64,000 nt of DNA from Candidatus Latescibacterota bacterium (GTDB lineage Bacteria > Latescibacterota > UBA2968). This document shows positions 59,327-64,000 of this stretch, one piece after another. The notes under the pieces were generated by a model. The model was not told the origin of the DNA and searched no databases. It saw nothing but the letters and a program-made list of their open reading frames with translations. Position 1 is the first letter of the stretch. Each line of letters begins with the position of its first letter. The position numbers and the translations under genes are program-made. The stretch is from the NCBI GenBank assembly GCA_047619225.1, contig JBLHJX010000003.1:4294-68293 (forward strand), written 5' to 3'.

Positions 59327-62300
59327 ATGTTTAAACGACTGAAATATATCATCTGCATTCTCGCAGTGATATTTGTACACACCCTCAACGCAGAAGTGCC
59401 CCAACCTGAGGTATGGACGCTTTTTGACGGTGAGGTGCGCCTGAGAGCGGATGGCAGTCGTGGGCCATATCGCATTTCTGGACACGCAATAGAGACCGAT
59501 CTGATTCGGGTATGGGTGGCTGGGGTCCTGCAGGTAAAAGACAGAGATTATACGGTCAATATCACACGCGCACAGGTGACATTTTTTAAACAACTAGACC
59601 GGGGAGATCGCATTACTGTTCGGTTTCGGCAAGCGCCCCAGGTGGTTGGCAAAGTTTATCGGCGGCGTGTGTTAACCGAAGAAGATGAAACATTGGGGGA
59701 AAGTTATGCGCCAGCTCAACGTGCCGCTCCCAGTACACCCGCACAGGTTGAGGCCTCAAAGTTGGAGATGGGGGGTAGCAAAAGCATTCAAGTGACTTTT
59801 GGTTCAAAGCAGAGTCACCGCGTAAGTCAGGCATTGCAAATGCATATTGCGGGTGAGGTGGCCGATGGGGTTTCTGTTTTGGCTGTGTTATCAGACCACA
59901 ATTTGCCCGTGGGTGAACAGGGCAGCACCGTGGGTTTGCGAGAATTGGATCAGGTTCTTTTTCAGGTGCGTGGGCACGATATGGCCGCTGATGTGGGTGA
60001 TTTGGATGTGTATTTGGATCGCACTCATTTTGGTCGATATCGTCGGCAGTTGCAGGGCGCTCAGGTGGCGGTTGATCGAGAGGGTGGGCGGTTTTCGGCC
60101 GTTGGTGCTGTGTCACGCGGACAATGGCTCACCCATCGGGTTGGGGGTATTGAGGGGTATCAGGGGCCTTATCAATTGCCTCGAAGTAATGGTTTTTTGG
60201 GTGCTGTTGTTTCTGAGTCTGAGCGGGTGTATTTAAATGGAAAGTTGCTCAAGCGGGGTGATCAGTTGGATTATGTCATCGATTATGAGCGGGGCATTGT
60301 CACTTTTGCGCCAGAGCAACCCATTGCTGCTTCCAGTCGCATACTCATTGAATATCAAACAATAGATGAAGGCACACAAAGTCGCTTGGTCGGGCTTGAA
60401 GGACAGGTGCGGTTGGGTGACAGTGGATGGTCTGTGGGATCGACATTGATTCGGGAAAGTGACGTCCTTTCGGGTTTGGAAATAACGGGTCTGCCAGGTG
60501 TGCATCGGCAAGTGGCTGGTTTAGATGCGACCTTTGCACCTCGGGATGGTTTTCGAATTACGAGTGAAGTGGCCTGGAGCGATGATGCAACTAAAAAAGG
60601 CCATGCGATGGATGTCAATGGGATGTGGACGTCCAATTGGAATCGTCAGAGCGCCTTACAGATAACAGGGCGATTTGAGCAAGTAAGCCTGGGGTATGAA
60701 GGTTTTGAACGTTTGGATGCGGGGGCTCGTGAGGGGCGCTGGGGATGGCAACCCGAGGTGCGGTTGCAAGATGTACATGAAGGAGAATTGGGACTGCGAT
60801 ATACTGTGGGTAAAGTTTCCTTTAATGGCATGTGGGGACGACGCACGGGTGACTGGGTTGCCGAGCGTCGTGTTTTGGGCGTGCAGTTGCCATTTGGACA
60901 GTATGAATATGAGCATATCGGGCGCTCACAAGGGGGACTCACAAGGCAAAGGGGGCGTTTGGAAGGTGGGTTGGGGATGTTTCGCTCGGGTATTCGGGTT
61001 GAATTTGAGCAGGCAGATGGTGACGGTGTGCCCAGCGCATCGGTCTTTTATGCGGCAGACCCAAGGGCATTTGCGTTGGTTGGTGTGCAATTGGGTGAAG
61101 TGGTTTGGGATGTTGAGGTGGGACAGAAGAAATGGAATTGGCGTTCGGAATTGAGTACGCGCCAGATTAGGCAGAAACAGTTGGTGTGGCAAGATTCGCT
61201 GACCGCGTGGTCACATTTGCATCAGGCAAAGGTAGATTGGCAGGGTTGGTCTGTGTTAGGTTCCTATGGGCAAACGGTGAGCCAGGCAGGCGCCGTTGCA
61301 AGCATCCGTCGGGTGACCCATTTGGGGCGCACCCGCGTCCATTTTTCACGCTCTGGCTATATGCATCAGGTGTTTTATCGGGTATCCAGTGCGGGTGTGC
61401 AAACCCATCAGCCGGTTTATGTGGATGTGGGGCGTGGTTTGGGTTCTTATGTATGGGAAGATGTGGACGGGGATGGCGAGCAAGATGCCGAAGAGTTTGT
61501 GTTGGATGTGGATGGCAACTTTGAACCTGTTTATGGTTTTGGCAATGATTTTTTACCCGTGCGTGAGGGCGTGTTGGGCGCGCGGTTGGAAATAGATTTG
61601 GGCCGTTTGCTCAATCGCTCACAGGGCTTTTTAGCGGGGTTGTCGATGGACGCATCTGTCAATGCCGACCGCCAGGCGGTGTCGAATGCCATTGGGCCTT
61701 GGCACGTGTTTGGTGTAGAAGATGACCCCGATATTCAAATGGCACAACGCGATGTGCGCTTGCGGTTGCACATTTTTCGGTATCACAAACGGGGATCGCT
61801 GAAGGTGTCTGGGCGGGCGCGCGACCGATTGGATCGCTTTTTTTATGGCGGTGGGCGAGAGTCTTTGCGCAATGTAAGTTTGGGTGGGCGGTTTCGTTTT
61901 GGTCGCGATGGCGAGCTTGAGGGGGATGTGACGTCTGAAGAGCGACAACGTACAGGCACAGAGGCGTTTGCATTTTCGATTCGGTCGTATTCTGGTCATT
62001 GGCGGGGTTTGTGGCGGCCATCTAACCCGTGGGATTTGCGTTTGGGGTTGGCTGGTGGGCGTGATTTTGATCGGCAACGGGATTTGCTGGTGCATTATTT
62101 TTCGCTACAGCCAGAGGTTATTCGCCGGCTGGCTGGGCGGGGACGTCTTCGTGCACGTGTGGATTGGACGCAGGTGGATGCTGGGTCGGATGTGCCTATT
62201 TTCTTGGGCATGGCCAATGGCAACCGGGTTGGGCAAAATTGGGTGTGGCGTTTGGGGTTGGATTATCGTTTTGGGCGGTATGTGACGGCGTTGGTGTCTT

Positions 62301-62371
62301 ATGATGGTCGAAAACGGCCCACGCTGCCCGTCATTCATTTGGGGCGTATGGAAATGAGAGCGGTGTTTTAA
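59327..62371 (+). CDS. Large (1014 aa) secreted protein, predicted outer-membrane beta-barrel, function unknown
   Basis: It has a signal peptide (ICILAVIFVHTLNA). Long stretches of alternating hydrophobic/polar residues are rich in G, R, W and Y. The C-terminus ends ...GRMEMRAVF, a terminal aromatic residue typical of an OMP beta-signal. Confidence 0.75.
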   Translation: MFKRLKYIICILAVIFVHTLNAEVPQPEVWTLFDGEVRLRADGSRGPYRISGHAIETDLIRVWVAGVLQVKDRDYTVNITRAQVTFFKQLDRGDRITVRFRQAPQVVGKVYRRRVLTEEDETLGESYAPAQRAAPSTPAQVEASKLEMGGSKSIQVTFGSKQSHRVSQALQMHIAGEVADGVSVLAVLSDHNLPVGEQGSTVGLRELDQVLFQVRGHDMAADVGDLDVYLDRTHFGRYRRQLQGAQVAVDREGGRFSAVGAVSRGQWLTHRVGGIEGYQGPYQLPRSNGFLGAVVSESERVYLNGKLLKRGDQLDYVIDYERGIVTFAPEQPIAASSRILIEYQTIDEGTQSRLVGLEGQVRLGDSGWSVGSTLIRESDVLSGLEITGLPGVHRQVAGLDATFAPRDGFRITSEVAWSDDATKKGHAMDVNGMWTSNWNRQSALQITGRFEQVSLGYEGFERLDAGAREGRWGWQPEVRLQDVHEGELGLRYTVGKVSFNGMWGRRTGDWVAERRVLGVQLPFGQYEYEHIGRSQGGLTRQRGRLEGGLGMFRSGIRVEFEQADGDGVPSASVFYAADPRAFALVGVQLGEVVWDVEVGQKKWNWRSELSTRQIRQKQLVWQDSLTAWSHLHQAKVDWQGWSVLGSYGQTVSQAGAVASIRRVTHLGRTRVHFSRSGYMHQVFYRVSSAGVQTHQPVYVDVGRGLGSYVWEDVDGDGEQDAEEFVLDVDGNFEPVYGFGNDFLPVREGVLGARLEIDLGRLLNRSQGFLAGLSMDASVNADRQAVSNAIGPWHVFGVEDDPDIQMAQRDVRLRLHIFRYHKRGSLKVSGRARDRLDRFFYGGGRESLRNVSLGGRFRFGRDGELEGDVTSEERQRTGTEAFAFSIRSYSGHWRGLWRPSNPWDLRLGLAGGRDFDRQRDLLVHYFSLQPEVIRRLAGRGRLRARVDWTQVDAGSDVPIFLGMANGNRVGQNWVWRLGLDYRFGRYVTALVSYDGRKRPTLPVIHLGRMEMRAVF

Positions 62372-63999
62372 TGGTAAGCGCTCTTTTCATATCACCGACT
62401 CAGGTGGGGACCCCACCCATCACCGCACGACCGGGCGCGCGCGTGCTGGGTGCAGCGTACTGGGTGTTAGGCATTGTTGCGCGTTCGTTTGCCGTGTTTC
62501 TGATGGTGATGTGTTTGCGCTCTGGTGCGCAGGCAGATCGGGAAACGGTGAGGGGCGTGCATTTTGATGGGGTGCATGCTCTTTCTGAGGATGCATTGCG
62601 CAAAGGGTTGGTGATGCGGTCGGGTATGCCTGTTGATCGCGTTTTGGTTGTGGGAGATATGAAGCGAATATTGGCACACTATCAGGCATTGGGTTATTGG
62701 CTGGCGCGTGTACATTTTCCTGATATTGTGGTAGAAGGTGGCAAGGCCACGATTCGGTTTCGCATTGATGAAAATGCGCGTACACGGGTTGATTCGATGG
62801 TCATGGGCGGGGAGATGGTTTTTTCTCAAGAGACAGTTCAGGTTGCTGTGACGATGACCCCTGGAACAGTTTTGACAACGGCTCGGTTGGATGAACAACT
62901 CAACATCCTTTTGCAGTTTTACGAAAATCGAGGGTATCCATTTTGTGCGTTAGAACCTGAGGTTGTATTTTCTCAGAACAAGGTGCATGTTGGCGTTGAT
63001 GTTACCTCGGGTCCCTTGTGTGTGATTGATACCGTGGTTTTTGAAGGCAATGTAGTGACCCGCTCGAATGTGTTGTTGCGAGAAATGCGCCTAAAAGTTG
63101 GGACGATATATGACCGGAGGCAGGTGGATCGTGCGGTCCGATATTTACGGCGTTTGCCATTTTTGATTTCTGTTGATGAACCTGATGTCATACGAAAAGG
63201 AGATTTGACCACGCTGGTGGTACGGGTGCAAGAAGCGCGTACTGCGCGGGTGGACGGTGGCGTGGGATATGCCCCACAAGGTGCGGGTGGCGGATTAACC
63301 GGTGCATTTGCATTGCATGTTCACAATGCCGCTGGCGCTGGGCGTTTGGGCCAGGTATCTTGGAAACGCACGGGGGTAGGGGCTTCTGATTTACAGGTTC
63401 GACTTCAAGAGCCATGGGTGTTGAACAAACCCGTTTCGGCTGACTTTGAACTGGAGATGGGGCAACGTTTGGGGTATTCTGAGTGGGCTATGGGTGTTGG
63501 GGCAACGGCAAGGTCCTGGGAGGGCGGGACTGCATGGGGGCAAGTTTCGCGAAGGCGTGTGGTGCCTGATTCTTTGGGCATGGGCCTATATGAAGAAAGC
63601 AACTTATGGGCGGTGACTGTGGGGACGCGTGTGGATCATCGCGATGATATGTGGAATCCTCGGCAGGGTTGGATTGGCCAGGCATCTTTTGAATTGGGTC
63701 GTGTAGAAGGTGTGCGCAGTGCAGCGATTCGGCGTTTGCAATCAGTAAACACACAGTTTTTTTATGCGGCGGGTGTGCGATCTGTATGGGCTATTGCAGG
63801 GCAAGGGATGTGGGTGTCTCAAGCAGGAGGTGTGCCAGATGATGCCCGCATTCGTGTGGGAGGCGCAAATTCAATTCGGGGGTATCGCGAGGAAGCTTTC
63901 TGGGCAACTGAAGCAGGTTGGGTTTCTTTGGAATGGCGTTATCTTGTGGGCGCGCGTTCGCGTTTGTTTGGCTTTGTAGATGCCGGCGTGCTTCAGGAT
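62371..63999 (+). CDS. Omp85/BamA/TamA-family outer-membrane protein with POTRA domains; 3' end lies beyond the window and the ORF is not in the supplied track
   Basis: The frame stays open from ATG 62371 (TAATG overlap with the upstream stop) to the window end, 543 codons. POTRA-like repeats are visible (VRGVHFDGVHALSEDAL..., VDSMVMGG..., IDTVVFEGNVVTRSNVLLREMRL...). RVGGANSIRGY is the Omp85 barrel hallmark. Confidence 0.8.
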   Translation, partial: MVSALFISPTQVGTPPITARPGARVLGAAYWVLGIVARSFAVFLMVMCLRSGAQADRETVRGVHFDGVHALSEDALRKGLVMRSGMPVDRVLVVGDMKRILAHYQALGYWLARVHFPDIVVEGGKATIRFRIDENARTRVDSMVMGGEMVFSQETVQVAVTMTPGTVLTTARLDEQLNILLQFYENRGYPFCALEPEVVFSQNKVHVGVDVTSGPLCVIDTVVFEGNVVTRSNVLLREMRLKVGTIYDRRQVDRAVRYLRRLPFLISVDEPDVIRKGDLTTLVVRVQEARTARVDGGVGYAPQGAGGGLTGAFALHVHNAAGAGRLGQVSWKRTGVGASDLQVRLQEPWVLNKPVSADFELEMGQRLGYSEWAMGVGATARSWEGGTAWGQVSRRRVVPDSLGMGLYEESNLWAVTVGTRVDHRDDMWNPRQGWIGQASFELGRVEGVRSAAIRRLQSVNTQFFYAAGVRSVWAIAGQGMWVSQAGGVPDDARIRVGGANSIRGYREEAFWATEAGWVSLEWRYLVGARSRLFGFVDAGVLQD

Positions 64000-64000
64000 C

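Overview
This is a chromosomal window from an unidentified, probably uncultured heterotrophic bacterium. I saw no rRNA, tRNA, CRISPR array, transposase, integrase or recognisable defence gene. I support 54 protein-coding genes (two cut by the window edges) and two gene remnants.

Contents from left to right:
(i) A ferric-reductase-like/Rieske membrane fusion with coupled neighbours, an OlsB/OlsA-like aminolipid pair, a DinB-like gene and ppa.
(ii) A co-directional island of about 16.5 kb (5298-21775). It holds an unassigned 657-aa protein, a form-IV RuBisCO-like protein, a cytoplasmic DUF5060/DUF4038 (GH140-like) hydrolase, a 2-hydroxyacid dehydrogenase, a serine hydrolase, two DUF1537-type acid-sugar kinases, an atypical PhyH dioxygenase, malate synthase G, a ferritin-like/VIT1 protein, a small NAD(P)-binding protein, a GntR regulator and coaX. 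This is my best candidate for an undescribed system, possibly a variant of apiose/apionate-like branched acid-sugar catabolism.
(iii) A TMTC-like TPR membrane protein flanked by two gene remnants.
(iv) Two divergent carbohydrate/acid-sugar operon sets (26864-49202). They contain two cytoplasmic heparinase II/III-like proteins, three enolase-superfamily dehydratases, and RraA-like, Ldh2-like, FAD, Gfo/Idh/MocA, AKR and TIM-barrel isomerase genes. An ABC importer without ATPase genes follows.
(v) An orphan promoter-to-terminator small transcription unit, then rplM-rpsI, rpsB-tsf-frr (no pyrH) and dapL.
(vi) An NHL-repeat protein, a heptamer tandem repeat, and a 1014-aa predicted outer-membrane protein translationally coupled to an Omp85/BamA-family gene. 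That last gene runs off the window and is absent from the ORF track.

All functional calls come from motif recognition by eye. None was verified by HMM, BLAST or RNA-folding software. Many ORF-track starts were moved to downstream starts that have a Shine-Dalgarno sequence.
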